Shown here piece after piece: positions 1 to 10,957 of a stretch of 64,000 nt of DNA; positions within the stretch are counted from its first letter, which is position 1; every line of letters starts with the position of its first letter. The position numbers and the translations under genes were made by a program. Below the pieces are notes generated by a model that saw only the letters and a program-made list of their open reading frames with translations, searched no databases and had not been told where the DNA came from. Source of the DNA: an uncultured Bacilli bacterium (lineage in GTDB: Bacteria > Bacillota_I > Bacilli_A > RF39 > UBA660); NCBI GenBank assembly GCA_947624175.1, contig CANQJD010000001.1, forward strand, positions 1,897 through 65,896, in the 5' to 3' direction.

Positions 1-663
<663 letters not shown>

Positions 664-667
664 TTAT

Positions 668-885
668 ATTATATTAAAATTAAAAAAAGATTCTTATCCC
701 AAAGGACGAGAATCTCGTGGTACCACCTTATTTTGCATATTCCTATGCCTCTTTCTCTTAACGCGAGTCTTCGTAGGTTTCCCTATGCTCCAGAACCATA
801 CTTCAATTAGGTCTAATTGTTTTTTTCACCAACCAAAACATCTCTTTAAATAATTCCTAATTTACTCATTCCATCTCTGCAACTT
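668..885 (-). promoter_or_regulatory. T-box riboswitch leader (candidate Met/AUG specifier) with intrinsic terminator
   Basis: The minus-strand leader upstream of metG has AGAGA and GGTGAAA stem I elements and a candidate AUG specifier at 797-799. The T-box motif AAGGTGGTACCACGAG lies at about 713-730. It overlaps a terminator hairpin (arms 704-715 and 688-699) followed by a U7 run. Confidence 0.75.
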
Positions 886-912
886 GCCTATATTTTAGCA
901 CATTAATTTTTA

Positions 913-1437
913 TTATTCAAGATATTTATCTAAAAAATTACACATTAAATCAAATAATTTTAAATCATTATTCTCTAAATTAGTATCGGTAAGAAGAATT
1001 AATAAACCAACGGAATCTCCATTTTTAATAATGGTTTTTATAACATAGGATACTTTGATATCTTCTTTATCTTGATTAAGGGATAAACTAATAGGAATTG
1101 GCTCTTTTATATCTTGTCTTTCATCTAAAACACTATTTAAGTAAGGACTAAGTTCTAAACCTTGATATTCTTTATATTTATCTGATGTTAAAACAAAACT
1201 ATTTAAACTTGTTAATAAAAAATTTATATTATAGACTTCTTCAATACTTGTAATTAAATTAGTAAGGGAAATATCATATTCATCTAAATCTGAATATCTA
1301 TTCAAAACAATACTATCATCTTGAACATTAATTTCAACTTGTTCATTTTCTTTTATTTTTAAAACTTTTCGAATTTCTTTTGGTATGACAATTCTACCTA
1401 AACCATCAACTCTCCTAACCATACCAGTTGTTTTCAT
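913..1437 (-). CDS. spoVT: SpoVT/AbrB-family transcriptional regulator
   Basis: The N-terminus MKTTGMVRRVDGLGRIVIPKEIRKVLKI is the AbrB/SpoVT swapped-hairpin motif. The 174-aa length with a C-terminal GAF-like part matches SpoVT. It lies near mfd and pth as in Bacillus. Confidence 0.75.
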   Translation of the reverse strand: MKTTGMVRRVDGLGRIVIPKEIRKVLKIKENEQVEINVQDDSIVLNRYSDLDEYDISLTNLITSIEEVYNINFLLTSLNSFVLTSDKYKEYQGLELSPYLNSVLDERQDIKEPIPISLSLNQDKEDIKVSYVIKTIIKNGDSVGLLILLTDTNLENNDLKLFDLMCNFLDKYLE

Positions 1438-1588
1438 TTAATCACCCAATTTTATTATTGGTAAATATTATAAATTTATACTTTAAAGTATCTTAAGCTT
1501 TGAATTTTTTTGCCAAATCCGGTACTTTTTTTCAATATTAGTATAAGTAATTTAATTCATTATATGAAAAAAACTAGAATTATCTAGT

Positions 1589-2176
1589 TCAAATCCCAAC
1601 TGTATTCTTATTTAATTCTAAATATTTTAGATAAGTTTCTTTATAAGTATTAATAAGAATTATATCTCTATTTCTAATGATATCAAGTACTTTATTGTTT
1701 AAGTTTTTAAGGAAAATATTTGATAAGTATGTATTTAATCTTTGAATTTTAAAATCAGTATCAAAATATTCATATAGACTATTAGCAAGATTATCTATAA
1801 GTTTAATTGTATCATCTTCAATCGTTAAAGATGTTTTATCATATAATTCTTGAACTTTCTTTTGATTTTTTAAAATATCCGTATCTATTTCTAAATTTTC
1901 TTTAAGTTTTAGTTTCTTTTGTTCAAATAAATTCATTAAATAATCATTATAACTATTCATAAATTCGGTTATTTTTTGTTTGAAAACTTTTTCATCTTGA
2001 AAACTTTCAGCAATTTCTATAATTTTCTTTTGTAATTCTTCACTTTGAATTTTTAATAGATTATCAATTGTTAATACTAGAACTTCTAAGTTATTATCAA
2101 GATCAAGATTTAGTTTGTTTAAATATATTTCTTTGTTTTTTACTTCTAACTGCTTTTTAATATCTTCTTCGTTCAT
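1589..2176 (-). CDS. hypothetical coiled-coil protein
   Basis: Long ORF on the backbone strand, K/E/L-rich with a heptad-like composition. No family recognised. Confidence 0.5.
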   Translation of the reverse strand: MNEEDIKKQLEVKNKEIYLNKLNLDLDNNLEVLVLTIDNLLKIQSEELQKKIIEIAESFQDEKVFKQKITEFMNSYNDYLMNLFEQKKLKLKENLEIDTDILKNQKKVQELYDKTSLTIEDDTIKLIDNLANSLYEYFDTDFKIQRLNTYLSNIFLKNLNNKVLDIIRNRDIILINTYKETYLKYLELNKNTVGI

Positions 2177-2300
2177 ATTTAACCCTTTCTATTATTTTTT
2201 AACAATAATATGATACCAATTTTACAGTGATTTGTCAAATTGACTTTAAATTATATGTGATTTATATAGAAAAAAGAACCTTGAATATTCAAAGTTCTAA

Positions 2301-3152
2301 TTATTTTTCACTCATTTTATAGGCTGCAAGAAAACCTAATATGAATAGAACAAAACCAATTATTACTTCAAGAAATTGTAGATTGGTACCAATTAATGGT
2401 TTGATAATTGCAATCATGGATGCAAGGACAAAACCTAACACTCCAAAGTAAGTTTTAACTTCAAACTTTTTAAGTAAAAATTCAATTATTTTAGCAACGA
2501 CGATTATCCCAATTACTATTCCAATTCCAAAGACGCCTAAAATTAAAATATTCCTGCCAATTAAACTAAAATCAGTTAGACTTCTAATCGTATCAATGAT
2601 TGGCTTATAATAACCAAGTAGCATTAACACAAATGAACCACTGATACCGGGTATAATCATCGTAGATGATGCAACAACTCCAACTAGGAAAAGTAATATA
2701 TAGCCTCCTACATTTAAGTTAGATAAACTAACAACTGCTGAACTTTCTTTTAGAAAAGCAAAAGTAGTTATTATCATAAAGGTTATTGCAAAGATAAACC
2801 AATTACTAAAACTTTTCTTCTTGGTATTAACCTTTTTCCATAAAAGTGGTAAGCCTCCTAAAATTAAACCGATAAATAATAAAGTCGTTGGAAAAGGATA
2901 TTTATCAAGAGATGCTCCAATTATTTTACTAAATAGTAAAACAGCAAGCACTAAACCTATTCCAAGTGGAATTAAGAATTTAAGATTTTCTTTAAAATTC
3001 TTGAAAAAATGGCTTATAGTATTAATTATCTTTTCATAAAGACCTAACGTTATCATTAAAGTTCCACCACTTACTCCAGGAATAACATTAGCAAGTCCAA
3101 TTATCATACCTTTTATTACTAAAACTAAATTTTCTTTCATCATATCCTCCAT
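2301..3152 (-). CDS. DUF368-family polytopic membrane protein (putative undecaprenyl-phosphate translocase family)
   Basis: Duplicated PG(V/I)SGG/S motifs (VIPGVSGGTLMITLGLYE and IIPGISGSFVLMLLGYY) in a multi-TM protein, as in DUF368. Confidence 0.75.
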   Translation of the reverse strand: MEDMMKENLVLVIKGMIIGLANVIPGVSGGTLMITLGLYEKIINTISHFFKNFKENLKFLIPLGIGLVLAVLLFSKIIGASLDKYPFPTTLLFIGLILGGLPLLWKKVNTKKKSFSNWFIFAITFMIITTFAFLKESSAVVSLSNLNVGGYILLFLVGVVASSTMIIPGISGSFVLMLLGYYKPIIDTIRSLTDFSLIGRNILILGVFGIGIVIGIIVVAKIIEFLLKKFEVKTYFGVLGFVLASMIAIIKPLIGTNLQFLEVIIGFVLFILGFLAAYKMSEK

Positions 3153-3210
3153 TTAATTATATTATTTTAATTACCTTTAATATCATATCATACTTTTAAA
3201 GAAAAAAATA

Positions 3211-6200
3211 CTACTGATTAGCAGTATTTTCATTCAATAAATCAATTAAGTAATAAACAGGATGTTTTTTCAAATTTCGAAGTTTTAAAGAAATATGTAA
3301 TCTTAAATTATGATAACTAAAGTTAAAGTCTCTTGAAATATCATAAGCCCTCATGAATAATTCTTCTCCATTAATAGTTTTTGATTTATCAATTGAGAAA
3401 ATAAGTTCGATACTATCTTTATTAGATATAACTTCTTCAACACCTTTAGATTTAGCAAGTTTTTCAAACCATTCTTGGTACATATAAGTTAATATTTCTT
3501 CACTTGGAGTACCAAATCTATCAGTAAATTCTTCTTTAACACTTACTAACTTCTCATAGCTATCAATCGTGTTAATAAGTTTATGAATTTCAATTTTTAA
3601 GTCACTTTCTTTAGCATATTTATCATCAATATGAGTTGAAACATTGATAAGTGGCTTTTCTTCTTTAACTTCATCTTCAATAGTTTCTTGTCCTTGTAAA
3701 TGTTTAATCTCATCATTTAAAATCTTTAAGTATAAATCAATTCCCATGGTATCAATGAAACCGGCTTGTTCACTTCCTAAAATATCCCCAGCCCCACGAA
3801 TTGATAAGTCCCGACTAGCAATGGCATAACCACTTCCAAGTTCCGTGAACTCCTTTAAAACATTAAGTCTTTTTATGGCTGCTTCTCCTAAAACTTTATG
3901 TTCTTGGTACATTAAATAAGCATAAGCAACTTTATTACTTCTTCCAACTCGTCCTCGTATTTGATATAATTGAGCAAGTCCAAATCTATCAGCATCTAAA
4001 ACGATTAAAGTATTAGCATTAGCAATATCAATTCCAGTTTCAATAATAGTTGTTGATAATAAAATATCATATTCATGATTAATAAACTTTAACATTCGAT
4101 TTTCAAGTTCTATCTTTGATAACTGTCCATGAGCTATAACAATTCTCGCATTTGGAACTAATTTTTGAATTTCAATCATTTTATTTTCAATTGTTTCAAC
4201 CCGATTATATAAAATAAATACTTGTCCATCTCGCATTAATTCTTTATTAATTGCATCTTGAATTAATTGGTCTTGTTCATAGACAACATAAGTTTGAATT
4301 GGAAAACGGTTAACAGGTGGTGTTTTAATAACTGATAAAGACCTAATTCCAACAACTGACATTTGTAAAGTTCTTGGAATTGGGGTTGCTGTTAGAGTTA
4401 AAACATCAACATTCGCTTTATATTGTTTTAATTTTTCTTTATGAGCAACTCCAAATCTCTGTTCTTCATCAATGATTAATAATCCTAAATCTTTAGGTTT
4501 TATATCATCACTTAATAATCTATGCGTTCCAATTACAATATCAACTTCTCCATTTTTAAGTTTATTTATTATTTCATTAACTTTCTTGCTAGTTGTAAAT
4601 CTATTCAAAAGTTCTATATTAACTGGAAAATTTTTAAATCTTTCAAGAGCATTTTGATACTGTTGATTAGAAAGAATCGTGGTTGGACATAAGTAAAGGA
4701 CTTGTTTACCATCATAAACCGCCTTGAACATAGCCCGAAAAGCAACTTCTGTTTTACCAAACCCAACATCACCACATAATAACCTATCCATTGGCTTGTC
4801 TTTTTCCATATCTCTTTTAATTTCTTCATAGGCTGTTAATTGGTCAAGAGTTGGCTCATACATAAATTCATTATAAAATTCTTCATGATACTTGGTATCT
4901 TTTGAAAATGCAAAACCTTTTTGCATTTCTCTTTCTGCATATAATCTAATTAATTTATCAGCAATATCTCTGACTTTACTAATAATTCTTTGTTTATTCT
5001 TTCGCCATTCACTGCTACCTAACCCATTTATTTTAGGTGTTACTCCTTCTCTTCCTGAATATTTACTAATTAAATCAATTTTTTCAACTGGAATATAAAG
5101 TTTATCATCACCTTTATAAAGGATTTCTAAAAAATCTTTCTTTAAAGAATTAACAGTTAAAGTCTTAATACCATTATAAATACCTATACCATTGATACTA
5201 TGAACTATATAATCTCCTACTTCTAATTTGTTGATGTTATTAATCTTCGTTGCATACTTAAACTTCGTTTTATATTTCTTTTTAGTAGGACTAACATTAA
5301 ATAAATCTTTATCAGTTAAAACAACAATATCTTGATAAACAAAACCTTTTGGGAAATCAAAGATAATAATATTTACAATATGGTCTTTTAAATCATTAAT
5401 CGAAGTTTTTACATATGGAACTTCTAGGTATTTTATAAAATTTCTAACTTGATAATCTTTTAAACAAACAACTATTTTTTTATTAGTTCCTAGCATATCT
5501 CTTAAATAGGTATTAATAATATCTATATTTTCATGGAATTTAGGAGCGGTTTTAATATTAAAATTTTGATAACTTGCAAATTCATGATTTGGAATTAAGT
5601 TATCTATACTTAAATAATGTAAGACTTTATCTTTATTGATAATTGAAATTGGAAACATATAGTCTCCATGATAATCAAGGTCATTTTCCTTATAAGTTTT
5701 AATTTCAGTTTGCATTTTATCATAAAGATTTACAAGCATCGTATAATCTTTCACGATGATAAGTGGATTATCTAAATAATCTGCAATATTTTTAGTATCA
5801 TTTAAGTATTCTTTTAAATACTTTTGTTTTCTTTTAGTCTCTTCTAATTTTGAATAATCTTGAAGTAAAAATTCGGTATATGGATAAATAGTTATTTCTT
5901 TAATTTCAGAGATAGATTTTTGAGTTTCTTCATCAAATATTCTAATTGAATCTATCTCATCTCCAAAGAATTCAAAGCGAACTGGATGATTAGATGAAAC
6001 GGGAAATATATCAATTATGAAACCTCGAATGCCGAGTTCACCTGTTGTTGTAACTAGGGTTTCTCGTTTATAACCAAGATTATAAAAATGTTCGGTTAAG
6101 TCTTTAGGATCAATCTCCATCCCTACTTTTAAATTTAAAATATTCTTCCTATAAACACTTTTACTAGGTAAATATCTTAAATACCCCATCATATGGGTAA

Positions 6201-6513
6201 TCACAATCTTATTCGAGTTATTTACTAATTCATTTAAAGTTTCAAGTCTTGTTACCATTAAATCAGGACTGATACTTATAGCCTCACTTGTTAAAAAATC
6301 ATCCATTGGGAAAAATAAAGTATCAAGATTTAAAGAGGTCATGATATTAAGTAAATTATTGGCATCCGTTAAAGTTGGGCAAACAATAAGAATTCCCTTC
6401 TTTTCTTCTTGATAAAGTTTATTAACATAAAGGCAAAAAGACTCATCAGTCATTCCTGATAAGCCGAGATTTTCTTGATATTTGATTTTAAACATATCGA
6501 ATAAATTATTCAC
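3211..6513 (-). CDS. mfd: transcription-repair coupling factor
   Basis: 1100 aa with superfamily 2 helicase motifs (GDVGFGKTEVA, DEEQRFG, QLYQIRGRVGRS) and a CarD/TRCF-like RNAP-interaction region. The mfd-pth adjacency is conserved. Confidence 0.95.
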   Translation of the reverse strand: MNNLFDMFKIKYQENLGLSGMTDESFCLYVNKLYQEEKKGILIVCPTLTDANNLLNIMTSLNLDTLFFPMDDFLTSEAISISPDLMVTRLETLNELVNNSNKIVITHMMGYLRYLPSKSVYRKNILNLKVGMEIDPKDLTEHFYNLGYKRETLVTTTGELGIRGFIIDIFPVSSNHPVRFEFFGDEIDSIRIFDEETQKSISEIKEITIYPYTEFLLQDYSKLEETKRKQKYLKEYLNDTKNIADYLDNPLIIVKDYTMLVNLYDKMQTEIKTYKENDLDYHGDYMFPISIINKDKVLHYLSIDNLIPNHEFASYQNFNIKTAPKFHENIDIINTYLRDMLGTNKKIVVCLKDYQVRNFIKYLEVPYVKTSINDLKDHIVNIIIFDFPKGFVYQDIVVLTDKDLFNVSPTKKKYKTKFKYATKINNINKLEVGDYIVHSINGIGIYNGIKTLTVNSLKKDFLEILYKGDDKLYIPVEKIDLISKYSGREGVTPKINGLGSSEWRKNKQRIISKVRDIADKLIRLYAEREMQKGFAFSKDTKYHEEFYNEFMYEPTLDQLTAYEEIKRDMEKDKPMDRLLCGDVGFGKTEVAFRAMFKAVYDGKQVLYLCPTTILSNQQYQNALERFKNFPVNIELLNRFTTSKKVNEIINKLKNGEVDIVIGTHRLLSDDIKPKDLGLLIIDEEQRFGVAHKEKLKQYKANVDVLTLTATPIPRTLQMSVVGIRSLSVIKTPPVNRFPIQTYVVYEQDQLIQDAINKELMRDGQVFILYNRVETIENKMIEIQKLVPNARIVIAHGQLSKIELENRMLKFINHEYDILLSTTIIETGIDIANANTLIVLDADRFGLAQLYQIRGRVGRSNKVAYAYLMYQEHKVLGEAAIKRLNVLKEFTELGSGYAIASRDLSIRGAGDILGSEQAGFIDTMGIDLYLKILNDEIKHLQGQETIEDEVKEEKPLINVSTHIDDKYAKESDLKIEIHKLINTIDSYEKLVSVKEEFTDRFGTPSEEILTYMYQEWFEKLAKSKGVEEVISNKDSIELIFSIDKSKTINGEELFMRAYDISRDFNFSYHNLRLHISLKLRNLKKHPVYYLIDLLNENTANQ

Positions 6514-7078
6514 CTAAATCTCTCCTATTGTATCTTGACATTAAATCATTGAATGGTAATTTTAAATAATTATCTAATATTTCAATGATTAATGGATTTA
6601 ATTTATCTAATATTATTTCTTCATCCTTATTAAATTTACCTAAAACATAATCTTTAGTATCATAATTCTTATTCTTAGAAATACCTATCTTTAATCTTTT
6701 AAAGTTTTCATTTCCTAAATTAAGAATAATATTTTTAATACCATTATGTCCCCCACCTGAACCATTTTCTTTTAATTTTATTTTTCCAAGTTCAATATCT
6801 AAATCATCATGTATTATTAGTATATCCTTATTATCTATTTTATAATAATCTTTAAATTTTTTTACTACTTCTCCTGAATTATTCATATATGATAAGGGTT
6901 TTAAGAAAATTATATCTTGATTATTATAAGTAGTTTTTAAATATAAACCATTAAATTTCTCTTTAAAGTTACCTAGATTCTTATCATTTACAAATAAGTC
7001 TAAATAACGAAATCCTATATTATGTCTAGTATTTTGATATTCTAATCCTGGATTTCCTAAACCAACTATTAATAACAT
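6506..7078 (-). CDS. pth: peptidyl-tRNA hydrolase
   Basis: MLLIVGLGNPGLEYQNTRHNIGF and GGGHNGIKNI are canonical Pth motifs. Confidence 0.9.
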   Translation of the reverse strand: MLLIVGLGNPGLEYQNTRHNIGFRYLDLFVNDKNLGNFKEKFNGLYLKTTYNNQDIIFLKPLSYMNNSGEVVKKFKDYYKIDNKDILIIHDDLDIELGKIKLKENGSGGGHNGIKNIILNLGNENFKRLKIGISKNKNYDTKDYVLGKFNKDEEIILDKLNPLIIEILDNYLKLPFNDLMSRYNRRDLGE

Positions 7079-7181
7079 TTTATCACCTTCTTCAGATGTC
7101 TTTTTTGGACTATCTTATTTTAAATTATTTTTTAATCTTTAGCAAGTATTTTTTGATACTTAATATAAACTATATAAATTT

Positions 7182-7931
7182 CTATAGTTTTTTGTTTTTA
7201 TAGACTTTTTCTTTTAAATATTCATATCCTTTTTCTATCTTTTCTTCTATCCTAATTTCTTCTCGATATATTTCCCGAAGAGTTGCAATTACCATACCAT
7301 CTTCTAATTCATAGAAACTATCATAGGCTTTTGAAGTAACTCCTATTATATCTTTAATTTCTTTGCTATTTAAAATAGGGTCAACGATAATTTCACTATA
7401 AACCCATGCTAGATATGGAGAATCATATTCTTTTCTTGGAATAAGTGGAAATAATTCTTTGAACTTTTTAAACCAAAAGAAATGTAAAACTTCATGAACT
7501 ACAGTTTCAATTAAAGAATCTTCATCTAAATTAGTTCCTACTGAAAAACTTAATTCATCCAAATCTCTTGGAAAAATTGGAAGAAATCCTACTTTAGCAA
7601 CTATTTCTTTAGTTTCTATATAACCAACATTTAGATATTTACTAATAGCATTCATATATTTATCATTGATACTATTCCAAATAGAATTATATCTTTCAAC
7701 ATTTTGTTTAATTTCCTGGTTATATTCATGATAAAAGTTAGTAACAACTTCTTCAATTTTTTGATAGATTTCATCTTTACTTGCAGACTTTTTTATTTCT
7801 TTTAATTCGGAAAAATATTCTAAAGTATAGTAACTAACATCTGAGGAAGGAGTATTTTCAAAATAAGCCCATTTAATAATTTCTATATTTTCTTCCATAC
7901 TCATTTCTTTAAATATTACTTTTGGAATCAT
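7182..7931 (-). CDS. hypothetical protein with HExxH motif (possible zinc metallopeptidase)
   Basis: Long ORF containing VVHEVLHFFW. Family not recognised. Confidence 0.5.
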   Translation of the reverse strand: MIPKVIFKEMSMEENIEIIKWAYFENTPSSDVSYYTLEYFSELKEIKKSASKDEIYQKIEEVVTNFYHEYNQEIKQNVERYNSIWNSINDKYMNAISKYLNVGYIETKEIVAKVGFLPIFPRDLDELSFSVGTNLDEDSLIETVVHEVLHFFWFKKFKELFPLIPRKEYDSPYLAWVYSEIIVDPILNSKEIKDIIGVTSKAYDSFYELEDGMVIATLREIYREEIRIEEKIEKGYEYLKEKVYKNKKL

Positions 7932-7989
7932 TTTCTAATACCTCTTAATCCTTCATTATTATATTTTTATATTCTTTGTTTACCAAAAC

Positions 7990-8014
7990 TGTGTGTACAC
8001 ACATTTTTGGTAAA
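7990..8014. repeat. left copy of a 25-nt direct repeat bracketing the AAA+ ATPase gene
   Basis: tgtgtgtacacacatttttggtaaa matches 9449-9473 at 23 of 25 positions. This copy sits inside a larger palindrome, taccaaaa..ttttggta, at 7981-8013. Confidence 0.6.
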
Positions 8015-8018
8015 AAGT

Positions 8019-9299
8019 TTATTCATCTAAACTATTCTCATTTAATAAGAAGTGATATAAGCCCATAGTCATTATTCCATCATTATCTATTCTAGTTTTG
8101 ATATTATCTCTTACTACTATAATCTTTTTAAAAGAATCGGCAATTTGTCTTAATGATTGTTTTTCTTGATTTGTTTTTTCATCATCTACTAATCTATATG
8201 CAGATTGAATATAATATTTTTTAGCACCTTTATTAACAATAAAATCTACTTCATAATTAGTTCTTATAGTTTTACCTTTACTATCTTTATCAAAGGTTTC
8301 AACAATACCTACATCAACATTATACCTTCTTGCTAATAATTCATTATATATTATGTTTTCCATAATATGTCCATCATCAATTTGTCTAAAATTAAGTCTA
8401 GCATTTCGAAGTCCTATATCTTCATAATAATACTTATATGGTGAATTAATATAGTGATTTCCTTTAATATCGTATCGTTGAGCTTTTTTTATTAAAAAGG
8501 CATCTTCTACATAGCCAATATAACTATCAACTGTATTTTTATTTACTAAATCAACTTTTTTATTTTTTGAATATTTTAAATATTTATCATTTATAATATT
8601 TGTAAGTCTTGAAGGATTTGTCAATGAACCAATTTGTGATGATAATACATCTAAAATATCATTTAAAAGTTGCTCGTCTTGAATATTTCTTCTTTCTTTT
8701 ATATCATCTAAATATGTTTCTTTATAAAGATTTTTTAAGTAATCAACTTTATCTTCTTCAGTTTTACAAAATAATATATATGGTAATCCTCCATATAAAA
8801 CATAATCATCCCATGCTTCATCTTGAGAACCATTATAAGCTTCTAGGTATTCTTTAAAGGTTAACGGATATAAGTGTATAACATCTCCACGACCTCTAAA
8901 TTCCGTACTTATATCACTTGATAACATTTTAGAATTACTTCCTGTAACATAGACATCAACATTCTTTTTATATAAAAGACCATTTAACACTGGAACAAAG
9001 TCGTTTACATATTGAATTTCATCTAATAAAATATAATATTGGTCAGATTCATTTTCAATTTTTGCTAATAGATATTCATTAAGGATTGTTGAATCCCAGT
9101 ATTTTTTATTTTCTTCGGCATCTAGTGCAAGATAAATAATATGATTCTCATCTGTTACATTATCTAATAAATATTTTCTAAATAAGTTATATAATAAATA
9201 TGATTTTCCAGAGCGTCTTAACCCTGTTATTACTTTAATCATACCATTACCTTGCTTATCAATTAACCTTTCAAGATAATTAGTTCTTTTTATTTCCAT
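8019..9299 (-). CDS. AAA+ ATPase with C-terminal DUF4143 / restriction-endonuclease-like domain
   Basis: Walker A (GLRRSGKSYLL) and Walker B-like (ILLDEIQ) motifs. The C-terminal segment YEVDFIV...KYYIQSAY resembles a PD-(D/E)xK-type core. Confidence 0.7.
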   Translation of the reverse strand: MEIKRTNYLERLIDKQGNGMIKVITGLRRSGKSYLLYNLFRKYLLDNVTDENHIIYLALDAEENKKYWDSTILNEYLLAKIENESDQYYILLDEIQYVNDFVPVLNGLLYKKNVDVYVTGSNSKMLSSDISTEFRGRGDVIHLYPLTFKEYLEAYNGSQDEAWDDYVLYGGLPYILFCKTEEDKVDYLKNLYKETYLDDIKERRNIQDEQLLNDILDVLSSQIGSLTNPSRLTNIINDKYLKYSKNKKVDLVNKNTVDSYIGYVEDAFLIKKAQRYDIKGNHYINSPYKYYYEDIGLRNARLNFRQIDDGHIMENIIYNELLARRYNVDVGIVETFDKDSKGKTIRTNYEVDFIVNKGAKKYYIQSAYRLVDDEKTNQEKQSLRQIADSFKKIIVVRDNIKTRIDNDGIMTMGLYHFLLNENSLDE

Positions 9300-9448
9300 T
9301 TTATTTAATTGAGCAAAAACTCAACTTCTCCTCTCTAAATTTTGTATATTAATTAACTTAATACTAATAAAAACTAAATGTTCTATAACCTACAATATAT
9401 ATTATATACTTAATTAATTTAGATATCAAGATTTTCATTTACTTTTTT

Positions 9449-9473
9449 TGTGTGTAGACACAATTTTGGTAAA
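9449..9473. repeat. right copy of the 25-nt direct repeat
   Basis: tgtgtgtagacacaattttggtaaa, located 28 nt beyond the stop of the upstream methyltransferase gene. Confidence 0.6.
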
Positions 9474-9501
9474 TGGTTTTTTATAATCAATGTTTCTCTA
9501 A

Positions 9502-10176
9502 TTATTTATTAGCATAAATACTATCTAATACTTTCATACCACTTTTACCATTTTTAACAGCTTTAATCATGAATAATTTAGATTCTTTATCTTGATATGG
9601 AAAAATAAATTGCAGTTCTTTAGGAATTAGTTTATATTTTCTTAATAAATCAAGAATTTCTACTAGTCTTTCTGTTCTATGAACCATATAAAACTTACCA
9701 TTATCTTTTAAAAGATATAATGATATTTTAAATAAATCATCTAAGGTTAAGTTATTCTCATGTCTTGCTCTAGCTTTTATAGCATTAGAATTTTGTTTTG
9801 AATTATCTAAAACTTTAAAATATGGAGGATTCACGGTTATAATATCAAAAGTATCACCTTTAAAAATCGTTTTTAAATCTTTAACATCATGGTTTAAAAA
9901 AGTAATTTGATCTTGCTTGTTATTTAATTCAATACTTTTGCACCCTAACTCATATACTTCTTTTTGAAGTTCTACTCCATATATCTTGGCTTTCGTTTTT
10001 AATGATAAAAGTAAAGGAATAGGTGCATTACCTGAACATAAATCAAGTATCATCTTATCCCTTAAATTAACTTGTACAAAAGAAGGAAGTAAAACTGATT
10101 CTAAAGAGAATTTGAAAAAATCATCATCTTGAACTATTTTTAAGTTAGAATCTACTATCTCATTAACGACTTTCAT
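9502..10176 (-). CDS. SAM-dependent N6-adenine methyltransferase (YabB/TrmN6-like)
   Basis: LDLCSGNAPIP (SAM-binding motif I) and VNPPYF (NPPY catalytic motif). It lies downstream of ricT as yabB does in Bacillus. Confidence 0.7.
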   Translation of the reverse strand: MKVVNEIVDSNLKIVQDDDFFKFSLESVLLPSFVQVNLRDKMILDLCSGNAPIPLLLSLKTKAKIYGVELQKEVYELGCKSIELNNKQDQITFLNHDVKDLKTIFKGDTFDIITVNPPYFKVLDNSKQNSNAIKARARHENNLTLDDLFKISLYLLKDNGKFYMVHRTERLVEILDLLRKYKLIPKELQFIFPYQDKESKLFMIKAVKNGKSGMKVLDSIYANK

Positions 10177-10957
10177 TTGCTATATAAACTTGTTCAACTG
10201 AATGATTTTCATTTTCAAGTTTAACCTTTCTTTTTAAAACATCAACATCTATAACTTTATAATTTTCCCCGTTATATTTATAATCATCTCCAACATTTGG
10301 TAACCCTTCTCTTAACTCTGTATAAACTTCATCTTCATAAGATAAACAACAAAGTAATCTGCCACATACTCCATTTATTTTAGTTGGATTTAAAGCCAAC
10401 ATTTGGTTTTTAGCCATATTGATAGTAACACTATTTAAATCGGTTAAGAAAGAATTACAACATAAGAATCTTCCACATGGACCTAAACCACCTATTTCTC
10501 TGGCTTTATCACGAATTCCGATTTGTCTTAATTCAATTCTCGTTTTATATATTCGTGCAAGTTCTCGCGCAAGTTCCCTAAAGTCAATTCGATCATCAGC
10601 TGTGAAATTAAAAAGTAATTGCTTTCTATCAAAAGTATAATTAGCATCTAATATATTCATTTCTAATCCTAAATCATCAACTAATTCCTTGGCTTTTAAA
10701 TAGGCTAAACTACTATCTTTTAAGTTCTTTTCATAAACGGATTTATCTTTTTTACTTGCAACTCGAATAATCTCTCTTAAAGGCGTTACTAATTTAGAAG
10801 CATCAACTTCATGTAAAGGTTTTATAACAAAGCCATATTGAAGTCCTCTTTCTGTTTCAACAATAACTTCATCTCCTAATTCTAAAGCAATATCATTCTT
10901 ATCAAAATAATACATCCGGCCTTTTTTAGAAAATCTAACACCTGCAACTTCTACCAT
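10163..10957 (-). CDS. ricT: PSP1-domain protein RicT/YaaT
   Basis: PSP1 C-terminal domain with the cysteine cluster GPCGRFLCC...CGRLLCCLSYE. Conserved position after holB. Confidence 0.85.
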   Translation of the reverse strand: MVEVAGVRFSKKGRMYYFDKNDIALELGDEVIVETERGLQYGFVIKPLHEVDASKLVTPLREIIRVASKKDKSVYEKNLKDSSLAYLKAKELVDDLGLEMNILDANYTFDRKQLLFNFTADDRIDFRELARELARIYKTRIELRQIGIRDKAREIGGLGPCGRFLCCNSFLTDLNSVTINMAKNQMLALNPTKINGVCGRLLCCLSYEDEVYTELREGLPNVGDDYKYNGENYKVIDVDVLKRKVKLENENHSVEQVYIANESR

